From Longimicrobiales bacterium (GTDB lineage: Bacteria > Gemmatimonadota > Gemmatimonadetes > Longimicrobiales > Gaopeijiaceae), in contig CBDANQ010000020.1 in assembly GCA_965197725.1 (NCBI GenBank), forward strand, positions 1 through 63,423: 63,423 nucleotides of DNA. The letters run 5' to 3'. Shown piece by piece: positions 31,959 to 40,732 of the stretch. The notes beneath the pieces are model-generated. The model had not been told where the DNA came from, searched no databases, and saw nothing but the letters and a program-made list of their open reading frames with translations. How positions within the stretch are numbered: the first letter of the stretch is position 1; the number at the start of each line of letters is the position of its first letter. The position numbers and the translations under genes are program-made.

Positions 31959-32813
31959 GTGAGCAAGGAATACTTCGATATCGAGGCCATTCCGGACACA
32001 GGCGACCTGGTCCGGAGCGTGGATGCCCGCTTCGAGCAACGCATCGTCATGGCGGTGCCCGACCGCCGAAACCCCAAGCTCCGTAAGGCGATGGAGCTCG
32101 TGAACGCGGACGACGACCTCTATGGGCTCTGGATCGCGGCCAACGTGAACGCGGTCGAGAGGCTGGGCATGACAGACCACGGCCCGGTGCACGTGAAGAT
32201 CGTCATGAACATCGCGGTCCGCATGTTGCGCCTGCTCGTGGAAGCGGGTGTCGAGCCCGGAATCGTCCGCAACTACGAGATGGAAGCGACGGACGCCGAA
32301 GTCGTCGTCGCGCTCGCCGCGCTCTTGCACGACGTCGGCATGTCGATCCAGCGCGCGGACCACGAAGGGTTCAGTCTCTTCGTGGCCCAGGACAAGCTCG
32401 CGCGGATCTTGCGGGAGATCTACGACACACGCCACGCGACGATCGTCCGTGCGGAGATCCTCCACGCGATCATCTCCCACCGGTCTGGCGGCAAGCCGCT
32501 AACGCTCGAAGCGGGCGTGGTGCGCACTGCGGACGCGCTCGACATGGCAAAGGGGCGCTCGCGGATTCCCTTCTCGTCGGGCTCTCTCTCGATCCACTCG
32601 GTGTCCGCCGCCGCTGTGGAGAGCGTGAAGATCGAACCCGGAGGGAACAAGCCGATCCGCGTGACGGTGGAGCTCTCGAACTCGGCAGGCCTCTTCCAGT
32701 TGGACCAACTGCTCCGCAACAAGCTCAATGGCAGCGGGCTCGAGGAGTACCTGGAGATCCAGGCCACGGTGGGTGAAAAGGAGAAGCGCTTGCTCACCGA
32801 CTTCAGCCTCTGA
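31959..32813 (+). CDS. HD-domain phosphohydrolase
   Basis: DHGPVH, LLHDVG, ADALDMAKGRSR. Confidence 0.88.
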   Translation: MSKEYFDIEAIPDTGDLVRSVDARFEQRIVMAVPDRRNPKLRKAMELVNADDDLYGLWIAANVNAVERLGMTDHGPVHVKIVMNIAVRMLRLLVEAGVEPGIVRNYEMEATDAEVVVALAALLHDVGMSIQRADHEGFSLFVAQDKLARILREIYDTRHATIVRAEILHAIISHRSGGKPLTLEAGVVRTADALDMAKGRSRIPFSSGSLSIHSVSAAAVESVKIEPGGNKPIRVTVELSNSAGLFQLDQLLRNKLNGSGLEEYLEIQATVGEKEKRLLTDFSL

Positions 32814-32837
32814 CGGCCGGTCCATCAGCTCGCTATC

Positions 32838-33581
32838 GTGTCCCTCGAGGTCCAGGTATCGCTGCCGCTCGCATTCATCGCCGGCCTCGTTTCGTTCTTG
32901 TCTCCGTGCGTCCTGCCGGTGGTGCCGAGCTACCTGGCGTTCATCTCCGGGCTGACCCTCGAGGACCTTCGCGAGAACTCGGCCGCGCAGGCCCGCAGGG
33001 CGGCGCTGATCAACTCGGTGCTCTTCGTGGTGGGCTTCTCGGCGGTCTTCATGACCATGGGGTGGGTGGCCACCTCGTTCGGCCAGGCCGTGTCTCGCGC
33101 GCTTCCATGGCTCAGCCGCGCCGGAGGGATCGTGATGATCGTCTTCGGGCTGTATATGGTGGGAGCATTACGTATTCCGGCACTCGCCCGCGAGAGGCGT
33201 GTATATCTCTCGTCGCGACCGGCTGGGCCCTTGGGCTCACTCGTGGTGGGAATCGCGTTCGGCGCGGGGTGGACACCCTGCATCGGGCCCATTCTGGGTT
33301 CGATTTTGCTCTACGCGAGTCTCGAATCCACGATGGCGCACGGATCTTTGCTGCTCGCGACGTATGCTCTGGGGCTCGGGATCCCTTTCGTGATCGCGTC
33401 GGTGGCGTTCAACCGGTTCCTCACCGGGACGGAGCGTCTGAAAGGGTGGATGGTGCCGCTGGGGCGGGTGGCCGGAACTCTGCTCGTCGTGATCGGTCTT
33501 TTGATGGTTACAGGTCGGTTCGCGACCATGACTGCGTTTCTGGCCGGGTTGGGCCAGCTAATTAATCTGGATATGCCATGA
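32838..33581 (+). CDS. ccdA: Cytochrome c biogenesis protein CcdA
   Basis: SFLSPCVLP, GWTPCIGPILG. Confidence 0.93.
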   Translation: MSLEVQVSLPLAFIAGLVSFLSPCVLPVVPSYLAFISGLTLEDLRENSAAQARRAALINSVLFVVGFSAVFMTMGWVATSFGQAVSRALPWLSRAGGIVMIVFGLYMVGALRIPALARERRVYLSSRPAGPLGSLVVGIAFGAGWTPCIGPILGSILLYASLESTMAHGSLLLATYALGLGIPFVIASVAFNRFLTGTERLKGWMVPLGRVAGTLLVVIGLLMVTGRFATMTAFLAGLGQLINLDMP

Positions 33582-34324
33582 GGCGATTGATCGTTCGACC
33601 CGTTGCGGTCGCGGCCGCGCTCACGGTCGCCGCGTGCGGATCGGAGAGCTCGGGCGCCCCCGACACGAGCGCGACGGCAGCGGGTCTGCTCAGCGGTACG
33701 CCGAGGGGCTCCTCGAGTCCGATGGGAAACGCCGACCTTCCTCCAGGCTCGGGCCGGACCATCGACCTCCCATCACTCGGCTACAACCTTGGAGACCCGG
33801 AGTCGCCCGTCCGCGTGCTGGAGATGTCCGACTACGGCTGCGGCTACTGCCGCAAGTTCCACCTCGAGACCTTTCCCACGCTGCTCTCGGAGTTCATCGA
33901 GTCCGGCATGGTAGAGTGGAAATTCATGCCCTTTATCACGGGTATGTTCGAGAACTCTCTGGCGGCAACTGAGGCCGCCGAGTGCGCACTCCTTCAGAGC
34001 CCTGAAGTGTTCGACCAGCTCAATGAGCGCCTGTGGACGGATCAGGTGGACTGGAAACGCAGCGGTGAACCCGAGGCCGTGGTGCGAACCATGGCCGGCG
34101 ACGCCGGCGCCGATCTCGGCGAGCTCGACGCGTGTCTGGCCGACGACCGCCGAATGGATCGCATCGCAGGGGCGACGGGCTTGGCTCAGCAGGCGGGCGT
34201 CCGTGGAACCCCGACGTTCTTCATCTTCGGCTATCCGCCAGTCCAGGGAGCGCTGCCGACCGAAACCTTCCGCGAGATCCTGACCGCCGTGCACGCCGAG
34301 GCCACTCAGGGAGGCGGTAGCTGA
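33578..34324 (+). CDS. DsbA-family thioredoxin lipoprotein
   Basis: Lipobox VAAC; SDYGCGYC; GVRGTPTF. Confidence 0.9.
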   Translation: MRRLIVRPVAVAAALTVAACGSESSGAPDTSATAAGLLSGTPRGSSSPMGNADLPPGSGRTIDLPSLGYNLGDPESPVRVLEMSDYGCGYCRKFHLETFPTLLSEFIESGMVEWKFMPFITGMFENSLAATEAAECALLQSPEVFDQLNERLWTDQVDWKRSGEPEAVVRTMAGDAGADLGELDACLADDRRMDRIAGATGLAQQAGVRGTPTFFIFGYPPVQGALPTETFREILTAVHAEATQGGGS

Positions 34325-34377
34325 TCACGCCACCAAGCAAGCAGCACGCAGTCCTGCTCGCCGGTGCACTGTGGACC

Positions 34378-35232
34378 ATGGCGTGCGGGACCGTTGCGAC
34401 TGCCGGTCCGGGGTGTCGGCCGATGTCGTCCGGCATCGTGTTTCCGGACGAACTCCGCGAGTCGAGCGGTGTCGCGGTCAGCCTCCGTCACCCCGGTACC
34501 TTTTGGACGCACAACGACGCCGGCTCCGTGCTCTACGCGGTGAACCGTGAGGGATCGATCACGGCGCGCTTCCCGCTCGCCGATGGCCTACGCGATTGGG
34601 AGGACATCGCGGTTTCCACATGCCCGGAAGATGGCTCGTGCCTCTATCTGGCCGACATGGGCGACAACTACGAGGAGCGGCCCGCCGGGCGCATTCAGCT
34701 CCGCCGCGTCCCGGAACCGGACCCGACAGGCTCGGGTGCCGAAGTCGACGCTGACGGTCGGCTGCCGACGGAGTCATTCCCGATCCGCCTGCCCGACGGC
34801 CCCCGGGATATCGAAGCGTTGTTGGTCTTGCCGGGCGAGCGCGTGTACGTGGTCTCGAAGGGCCGCAATCACCCTGTTACCGTGTACCGCTATCCACCAC
34901 CGCTGCGGCCCGATACCGTCACGCTCGAGGAAGTCCAGCAGCTGACCAGCCGTGCGCGGATCGTCCCGCGCCAGGTGACCGGCGGTGCGGTCGACCCGCG
35001 GGGGGCAGTGCTCGCGCTGCGGACGTATGAGTCACTGCAGTTCTACCGCATGGACGGAGACACGCTCGTGGCCATCGACGGAGCACTCGTCAACCTGCGC
35101 ACACTCCAGGAGGCGCAGGGCGAGGCGGTCAGCATAGGGCTCGACGGACTCGTAGCGCTGACCTCGGAAGGTGGGCCCGTGGGCGATCCGGGGTCGATGA
35201 CGCTCATGCGTTGCGGGCTAGGGCAACTCTAG
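34378..35232 (+). CDS. Hypothetical secreted beta-propeller-like protein
   Basis: ESSG, WTHND, DWEDI, DMGDN, QGEA motifs. Confidence 0.7.
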   Translation: MACGTVATAGPGCRPMSSGIVFPDELRESSGVAVSLRHPGTFWTHNDAGSVLYAVNREGSITARFPLADGLRDWEDIAVSTCPEDGSCLYLADMGDNYEERPAGRIQLRRVPEPDPTGSGAEVDADGRLPTESFPIRLPDGPRDIEALLVLPGERVYVVSKGRNHPVTVYRYPPPLRPDTVTLEEVQQLTSRARIVPRQVTGGAVDPRGAVLALRTYESLQFYRMDGDTLVAIDGALVNLRTLQEAQGEAVSIGLDGLVALTSEGGPVGDPGSMTLMRCGLGQL

Positions 35233-35240
35233 CGGCCGGC

Positions 35241-35297
35241 AGGTTTGGGCCCGACCTGACGATCAAGCAACTCATCAATGAGGGACGCCGCTTCTGA
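35241..35297 (+). pseudogene. Antitoxin C-terminal remnant
   Basis: RFGPDLTIKQLINEGRRF* overlapping the start of the PIN toxin. Confidence 0.5.
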
Positions 35298-35722
35298 ACT
35301 TCGTGCTCGATGCGTCCATTGCGGCAGCCTGGTGCCTCGACGGCGAAGGCGACGTCTACTCGCTAGCGGCGCTCCGTTCACTCACAGCCGGCGGGGTCAT
35401 CGCGCCTCACCTCTGGGGACTGGAGGTCGCGAACGTCCTGCTCACAGCCGAGCGGCGCGGGCGAATCTCCACGGAGGACGTCAATCGGGCCTGCACGAAC
35501 CTTCTCAGCCTCCCGATCGCCGTCGATCCCGTGGCCCGGGACCGAGCACTCACGAGCGTCCTCCGACTCGCCCGACCGCATGGGCTGACATCATACGACG
35601 CCACCTATCTGGAGCTGGCCATGCGACACGACCTGCCGATCGCGACACTCGACGCGGCGCTGGCAATGGCCGCCGAGCCCGAGGGCGTGGCCCGCTGGCG
35701 ACCGGAAGAGGCGCCAGCCTAG
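35294..35722 (+). CDS. vapC: VapC PIN-domain toxin
   Basis: FVLDAS, LEVANVL, LTSYDATYLELA, ATLD. Confidence 0.9.
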   Translation: MNFVLDASIAAAWCLDGEGDVYSLAALRSLTAGGVIAPHLWGLEVANVLLTAERRGRISTEDVNRACTNLLSLPIAVDPVARDRALTSVLRLARPHGLTSYDATYLELAMRHDLPIATLDAALAMAAEPEGVARWRPEEAPA

Positions 35723-36150
35723 TCGGCCAACGGATTCTCGCAGGCAAGCCCGGGAAAGCGGGCGAAATCCCCGTCCGTCGAGCAGAGCTTCAGGCCGTTC
35801 TCGATAGCGAGCGCAGCCAGATGCGCGTCCGGAACCAGGTTCGGGCGATTCCCGATGCTCGGTACCAAGGCACTCATGACCTCTCGATGACGTTCCGTGG
35901 GGGCTGGCGTCCATACCGGCTCGCAATCCAACCACCGCTCGACCTGGAGCCAAGCTTCTTGCGTATTGAGCGGGCGCTCGAAGACCCGGCGGTTCGAGAT
36001 CAGTCGGATGAACGCTAGTAGCGTCGGCCACGGGATGCCAACGCCGGTGACTCCGTTCAGTTGCTCATCGAGCCAGTTGCTGGCGATGGTGTGTTGCTCG
36101 AAGCACTCGACGCGTGCGTACAACAGGATGTTCGCGTCGAGCAGGATCAC
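35719..36150 (-). CDS. vapC: VapC PIN-domain toxin (VapC37-like)
   Basis: MILLDANILLYA, DAHLAALAIE, STDGDFARF. Confidence 0.92.
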   Translation of the reverse strand: MILLDANILLYARVECFEQHTIASNWLDEQLNGVTGVGIPWPTLLAFIRLISNRRVFERPLNTQEAWLQVERWLDCEPVWTPAPTERHREVMSALVPSIGNRPNLVPDAHLAALAIENGLKLCSTDGDFARFPGLACENPLAD

Positions 36151-36395
36151 CGAAAGCCTTCACCCTCGGCCGCCGCGAGCGCTTCGGCTACGTCGTCGAG
36201 GCCTCCGATGAGGCACCGGCCCAGGTCGGACGTAGGGGTCGCGTAGCGTGGACGTTCGCGGGCGGGGGTGTTCATGGCCTGGAGGCCGCGTCGGAGGGCA
36301 TCGTTGACCACGTCTTTTAGGCTACGGGCACTCGATGAACGGGCGCGTTCGATCAACGCGGCAACGTCGTCTTCGATGGTTAGCGTTGTTCTCAT
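36147..36395 (-). CDS. vapB: VapB-type RHH antitoxin
   Basis: MRTTLTIEDDV...SLKDVVNDALRRGL; coupled to the toxin. Confidence 0.88.
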   Translation of the reverse strand: MRTTLTIEDDVAALIERARSSSARSLKDVVNDALRRGLQAMNTPARERPRYATPTSDLGRCLIGGLDDVAEALAAAEGEGFR

Positions 36396-36501
36396 ACATC
36401 ATAACATCAAACCGCTGATGTGTTGATGTCAAGCGAGCGATCCTCAGAGGGATCGTGGGAATATGCTGTCGCGCTGCGCCTTCGACCAGCAACTTGAAGC
36501 C

Positions 36502-37488
36502 ATGATCGTCGTCACCGGAGGAGCCGGCTTCATCGGCTCGAACATCGTGGCCGGGCTGGAGGCAGCCGGCGCCGGCCGGATCTGCGTCGTGGACCATCTT
36601 GGGACTGGTGACAAGTGGAAGAACTTGCGCCACAGGGAGCTCGCCGAGCTCGTCGATCCCGCGGGGCTCGACGACTTTCTCGACACACGGGCCCGCGAGA
36701 TCGCCTACGTCGTCCACATGGGCGCGATCTCGGCGACCACTGAGAGCGACGCCGACCTCATCGTCGACAACAACCTGCGGCTTTCGCAGAGGATTTGGCG
36801 GTGGTGCGCGCAACACCACGTGCCCCTCATCTACGCGTCGTCCGCGGCAACGTACGGCGATGGCGCCCGGGGATTCGACGACGATGGGTCGCCCGAGGGC
36901 TTGGCGCAGCTCGTGCCCATGAACCCGTACGGATGGAGCAAACACCTCTTCGACCGGTGGGTCGCGCGCTCGGTCGCGAACCCCGGTCCGAAGCCACCGC
37001 AGTGGGTGGGCCTCAAGTTCTTCAACGTTTACGGGCCGAATGAGCACCACAAGGGCGACATGCGCAGCGTGGTCCTGAAGAACCACTGCTCAGCCGCTCG
37101 GGGCGACGCCGTCACGCTCTTCCGCTCGCACCACCCCGACTTCGAGGACGGCGAGCAGATGCGCGACTTCGTTTACGTGAAGGACTGCGAAGACGTGGTG
37201 CTCTGGCTGATGGAGAACCGTGATGTCAGCGGCCTCTTCAATCTCGGCACCGGACGAGCGCAGACGTGGCTCCGGCTGATGGCTGCCCTGTACTCGGCAG
37301 TCGGTCAGGAGCTACGGGTCGACTGGATGGATACTCCCCAGGAGATCCGCGCCCGGTACCAGTACTACACTCAGGCGGACATGGGACGCCTGCGCGCCGC
37401 GGGATACCACCGGCCGTTGAGATCCGTCGAAGAAGGCGTGGCGGACTACGTCGAGCGGCACCTCTCGTATGACGATCCGTATCGGTAG
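36502..37488 (+). CDS. hldD: ADP-L-glycero-D-manno-heptose 6-epimerase
   Basis: VTGGAGFIGSN, YASSAATYG, YGWSK, FFNVYGPNE, YQYYTQAD. Confidence 0.93.
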   Translation: MIVVTGGAGFIGSNIVAGLEAAGAGRICVVDHLGTGDKWKNLRHRELAELVDPAGLDDFLDTRAREIAYVVHMGAISATTESDADLIVDNNLRLSQRIWRWCAQHHVPLIYASSAATYGDGARGFDDDGSPEGLAQLVPMNPYGWSKHLFDRWVARSVANPGPKPPQWVGLKFFNVYGPNEHHKGDMRSVVLKNHCSAARGDAVTLFRSHHPDFEDGEQMRDFVYVKDCEDVVLWLMENRDVSGLFNLGTGRAQTWLRLMAALYSAVGQELRVDWMDTPQEIRARYQYYTQADMGRLRAAGYHRPLRSVEEGVADYVERHLSYDDPYR

Positions 37489-37529
37489 GTCGCTCGCGCG
37501 TCGCCTTGGCCACCGTATCGGCGCGCTCG

Positions 37530-37625
37530 TCAACCCAGGAGCGTCGCCAGCTTGTGGAGCACTTCCTCGGTGACGCGCGGGGGCACGCGGCCGATCGGCT
37601 CGCGCCGGGTCTGCGGATCGAAGTG
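37530..37625 (-). pseudogene. Possible MazF/PemK toxin C-terminal remnant
   Basis: Manual translation HFDPQTRREPIGRVPPRVTEEVLHKLATLLG*. Confidence 0.45.
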
Positions 37626-37704
37626 TGCTAGAACCCTGCTTTCAGCCTTGCCGCGCCCGCTATGCAGCGCCCTCACCCTTGACCCGCGGTCCACACTCGA
37701 TTAA

Positions 37705-37723
37705 TAGTTGTATATGCCAACTA
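37705..37723. promoter_or_regulatory. Palindromic operator TAGTTG-N7-CAACTA over the marR start
   Basis: TAGTTGTATATGCCAACTA; TTGACC at 37679. Confidence 0.7.
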
Positions 37724-38265
37724 CTATCGCCCACCCGGGACGCACCTCCCTCCCGCTGCCAATCGCGGATCCCACTGCAGATCGCATGGCAGACCCCACG
37801 TTGTGGGCTGACGCCGAACATCTGTCCGATGCGCTCGGCGAGCTCATTCGAGTCATCCAGTTCCGAGACCGCGACCGCGCATGCTGTTACGACATCAGCG
37901 TTAGCCAGTGCTACGCGCTCAAGCGAGTCATCGACGCGGGCGCGCTGACCGTCAACGACCTCGCGGCCCACCTGTACCTGGATAAGAGTACCGCCAGCCG
38001 CGTCGCGAACGGCCTGGTGGACAGAGGTCTGTTGCTTCGGGAGCGGGACCCGGACGACGGTCGGGTGGTGCGGCTGGTGGCGACGCCGGAGGGCGCATCC
38101 ATGTGTTCGATCATCGAGTCGGACCTCACCAGCGGATACGCGGAGATGCTGTCCGACTTCGATCCCGAGATCCGGGCCGCGATCACCCGGTTGGTGGCGC
38201 GGCTGGGGAGGTCGTTCACGGCGCGTGTACAGGCGTCCGGTGGTAGCTGCTGCGTAGTGAGCTGA
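37714..38265 (+). CDS. Cys-rich MarR-family regulator
   Basis: RACCYDISVSQC, winged HTH LDKSTASRVANGL...DDGRVVRL, C-terminal SCC. Confidence 0.88.
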   Translation: MPTTIAHPGRTSLPLPIADPTADRMADPTLWADAEHLSDALGELIRVIQFRDRDRACCYDISVSQCYALKRVIDAGALTVNDLAAHLYLDKSTASRVANGLVDRGLLLRERDPDDGRVVRLVATPEGASMCSIIESDLTSGYAEMLSDFDPEIRAAITRLVARLGRSFTARVQASGGSCCVVS

Positions 38266-38306
38266 CGAGCGACCCCGATGAGTCGCTCGGATTCTTTTGA
38301 CAAACA

Positions 38307-38323
38307 AGTTGTCTCTCACAACT
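38307..38323. promoter_or_regulatory. Second operator AGTTG-N7-CAACT upstream of arsM
   Basis: AGTTGTCTCTCACAACT just downstream of TTGACA (38297-38302). Confidence 0.7.
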
Positions 38324-38341
38324 AAATGAAGGAGAAACACT

Positions 38342-39169
38342 ATGACGACACATGCGAACGCAGACGTGAAGCAGGCGGTACGGCACCGGTATGCTCGTGC
38401 AGCCGAGGGCGCCGGGTGCTGTGAGCCCTCCTGCTGCGGTCCGGAGACAACGACGAAGGCCGACGAGATCAGTCAGTCGGTCGGCTACTCCGAGCAAGAG
38501 CTCGCTGACCTACCTAAAGACGCGAACCTCGGGCTCGGGTGCGGGAATCCAACTGCCATCGCCTCGCTGGAGGGGGGGGACACCGTGTTGGATCTGGGAT
38601 CCGGCGCCGGCATCGACTGCTTCCTCGCCGCGACGCAGGTGGGGCCGAGCGGGAAGGTCATCGGTGTCGACATGACTCACGAGATGATCGACAGGGCCCG
38701 AGCCAACGCGTTGAGCGGGGGCTACGGCAACGTCGAGTTCAGACTCGGTGAGATCGAAGCGCTTCGCCTCGCTGATGCGACGGTCGACGTGATCATCTCG
38801 AACTGCGTGCTCAACCTCAGCCCCCGCAAGGACAAGGTGCTCGGCGAGGCGTGGCGCGTCCTGAAGCCCGGCGGACGGGTCGTGGTCTCGGACATGGTCT
38901 CCGAAGTGCCGGTGCCAGAGGTGCTGGCCGGCAACGTAGATGCGGTGGCTGCATGCCTGCCGCCCTTCCGTGACGATTACCTGCAGCAGTTCCGGGACGC
39001 TGGATTCGACGACGTGCGTATCACTTCGGAGAAGCCGTATCCGTCGAGCTTCATCCTCGGTGACCCGGGTGTGCAGCAGTACCTCGCCCGGCATCCCGGC
39101 AACGTCACGGAGCTAACCGAGTTCGCAGGCTCCATCACCGGCGCGCACTTCGAGGCAAGCAAAACGTAG
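38342..39169 (+). CDS. arsM: Arsenite S-adenosylmethyltransferase
   Basis: [28 protein letters not shown]-terminal CC pairs. Confidence 0.92.
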   Translation: MTTHANADVKQAVRHRYARAAEGAGCCEPSCCGPETTTKADEISQSVGYSEQELADLPKDANLGLGCGNPTAIASLEGGDTVLDLGSGAGIDCFLAATQVGPSGKVIGVDMTHEMIDRARANALSGGYGNVEFRLGEIEALRLADATVDVIISNCVLNLSPRKDKVLGEAWRVLKPGGRVVVSDMVSEVPVPEVLAGNVDAVAACLPPFRDDYLQQFRDAGFDDVRITSEKPYPSSFILGDPGVQQYLARHPGNVTELTEFAGSITGAHFEASKT

Positions 39170-39320
39170 GCCTACATCCGGGCCAGACAGACAATCTTCA
39201 TCACCATCCCGCGATCGGAGGGGTTCCACACTCTCACGATTGCGGACCATCGAACAAAGATCGTAAGAGTGAAACGCCCAGGAGTATGGGCAGAGTCGGG
39301 AAGAAGCCGCATCCCCCGGG

Positions 39321-39995
39321 CTACCCCCAGATGTCGAAGAAGTCGACGCCCCCGGAGGAGGCCAGCGGGCCGGCCGGGGCCAGGTAGCCCAACAGCAGGT
39401 CTGTCGCCTCCTTGACGAGCACGGAACGGGGCAGCGCTTCACCGCTCCTCGGATCCTCCGCGTCGACGACGCCGAGCACGGCTAGCAGCCCGAGGCGGAC
39501 GGCGAGCTCTGGCCTCAGATGATCGATCTCCTGCTTCCGAGCGAGCAGCAGCTCCGAGATGTCATCGAGCTGCTGCTTGCGGAAGGCCGTGTACGCTTCC
39601 TCGTTGCCGCGCGCCGCACGGTCGAGGACCTTCAGGTAGGACGACCGGGAGCGCTCGGCGTCGAAGAGCAGCCCCACAGACCCAGCTGCGAGCTCTCGCA
39701 GCTCCAGAACGGACCAGTCACGGGACTCCACGGCTTCGCTCCAACGCTCGAGCGTCTCCTGCCTAACCCGCGCACCCAGGTAGTCGAGCAGATCACTCTT
39801 GCCCTTGAAGCGGGCGTAAAAGGAGCCGACCGACGAGCCCGCGCGGGCCACGACCGCCTGGACCGTGAGCCCTGCCGGGCCCTGCTCATCCAGGATGCCG
39901 AGCGCGGCGCTGACGATCCGCTCCAACGTGCGACGCGATCTCGTCTGTTTGGGTGGGGTGAGCCTGATCTTCTCAGTCGAAGCGAAAGCCATCAT
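39321..39995 (-). CDS. TetR/AcrR family regulator
   Basis: QTRSRRTLERI...SSVGSFYARFKGK. Confidence 0.9.
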   Translation of the reverse strand: MMAFASTEKIRLTPPKQTRSRRTLERIVSAALGILDEQGPAGLTVQAVVARAGSSVGSFYARFKGKSDLLDYLGARVRQETLERWSEAVESRDWSVLELRELAAGSVGLLFDAERSRSSYLKVLDRAARGNEEAYTAFRKQQLDDISELLLARKQEIDHLRPELAVRLGLLAVLGVVDAEDPRSGEALPRSVLVKEATDLLLGYLAPAGPLASSGGVDFFDIWG

Positions 39996-40008
39996 CCTCC
40001 AATATGAA

Positions 40009-40026
40009 ATAGAATATTTGTTCTAT
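40009..40026. promoter_or_regulatory. Palindrome ATAGAA-N6-TTCTAT, candidate TetR operator
   Basis: ATAGAATATTTGTTCTAT in an AT-rich patch just upstream of tetR. Confidence 0.5.
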
Positions 40027-40034
40027 ATAAGCTT

Positions 40035-40478
40035 GTGACGTGTTCTCTCGCAACATATTTCCAAGGCGTGGAGATCTTGACAGAAGGGGCCGTCAGTGAC
40101 TGCTGCCATTCGCATCACCGTTCACGCAGAAGGCACGACCCGGCGCGGGCGCCCCGCCTCGTGTTTCTGCAGCGCATGCTCGAGTCCGGCCGGCTGGAGG
40201 TGCGCGCGGCGCCACTGGCGGGCTGGTCGCCCGACTTCTCGGTCTTCTCCAACGCGGGCGGACCGTCCGCGGTGCTCACAGGATTCCACTGGTTCGAGCG
40301 TCCGTACCCGCATCGCGGTCCGGCGCTCTCCTCCCTCCATTTCGCTGAGGCCGCACGGGTCGCGGGTCGCAGGCACGCGGAACTCTGGGAGACGGCACAC
40401 GACATCGGGCCGCCCGTCTGGAGCATCCTTTCCAAGGCCCGCCCGCGCCAGTCCTTCGTCACTTCCGAGCCCGGTTGA
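40035..40478 (+). CDS. Hypothetical protein, possibly truncated
   Basis: C-terminal two-thirds looks protein-like (GRLEVRAAPLAGWSPDFSVF); N-terminus doubtful. Confidence 0.4.
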   Translation: MTCSLATYFQGVEILTEGAVSDCCHSHHRSRRRHDPARAPRLVFLQRMLESGRLEVRAAPLAGWSPDFSVFSNAGGPSAVLTGFHWFERPYPHRGPALSSLHFAEAARVAGRRHAELWETAHDIGPPVWSILSKARPRQSFVTSEPG

Positions 40479-40540
40479 CAACCCCCGCGCAGTCGATCTC
40501 TATTTCCCTTTCTGCTCCGTACGGCAGTGTACGGTGCCGA

Positions 40541-40613
40541 TCCGGCGTAGCTCAGTTGGTAGAGCAGCTGGCTGTTAACCAGCAGGTCACAGGTTCGAGT
40601 CCTGTCGCCGGAG
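40541..40613 (+). tRNA. tRNA-Asn (GTT)
   Basis: Cloverleaf: acceptor TCCGGCG/CGCCGGA, anticodon arm CTGGC-TGTTAA-CCAG, T-loop GGTTCGAGTCC. Confidence 0.97.
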
Positions 40614-40732
40614 TTGTCGTAAGAGCATCAGGGACAAACGGTTGTGCCGATCTCCCCAGGCCTCCGCGGAGGTCGGCGCTTGCGCGTTGTGTGCCTATAG
40701 TGTGCCTGGCTGAGCCCCACGGGAGCTTGATT

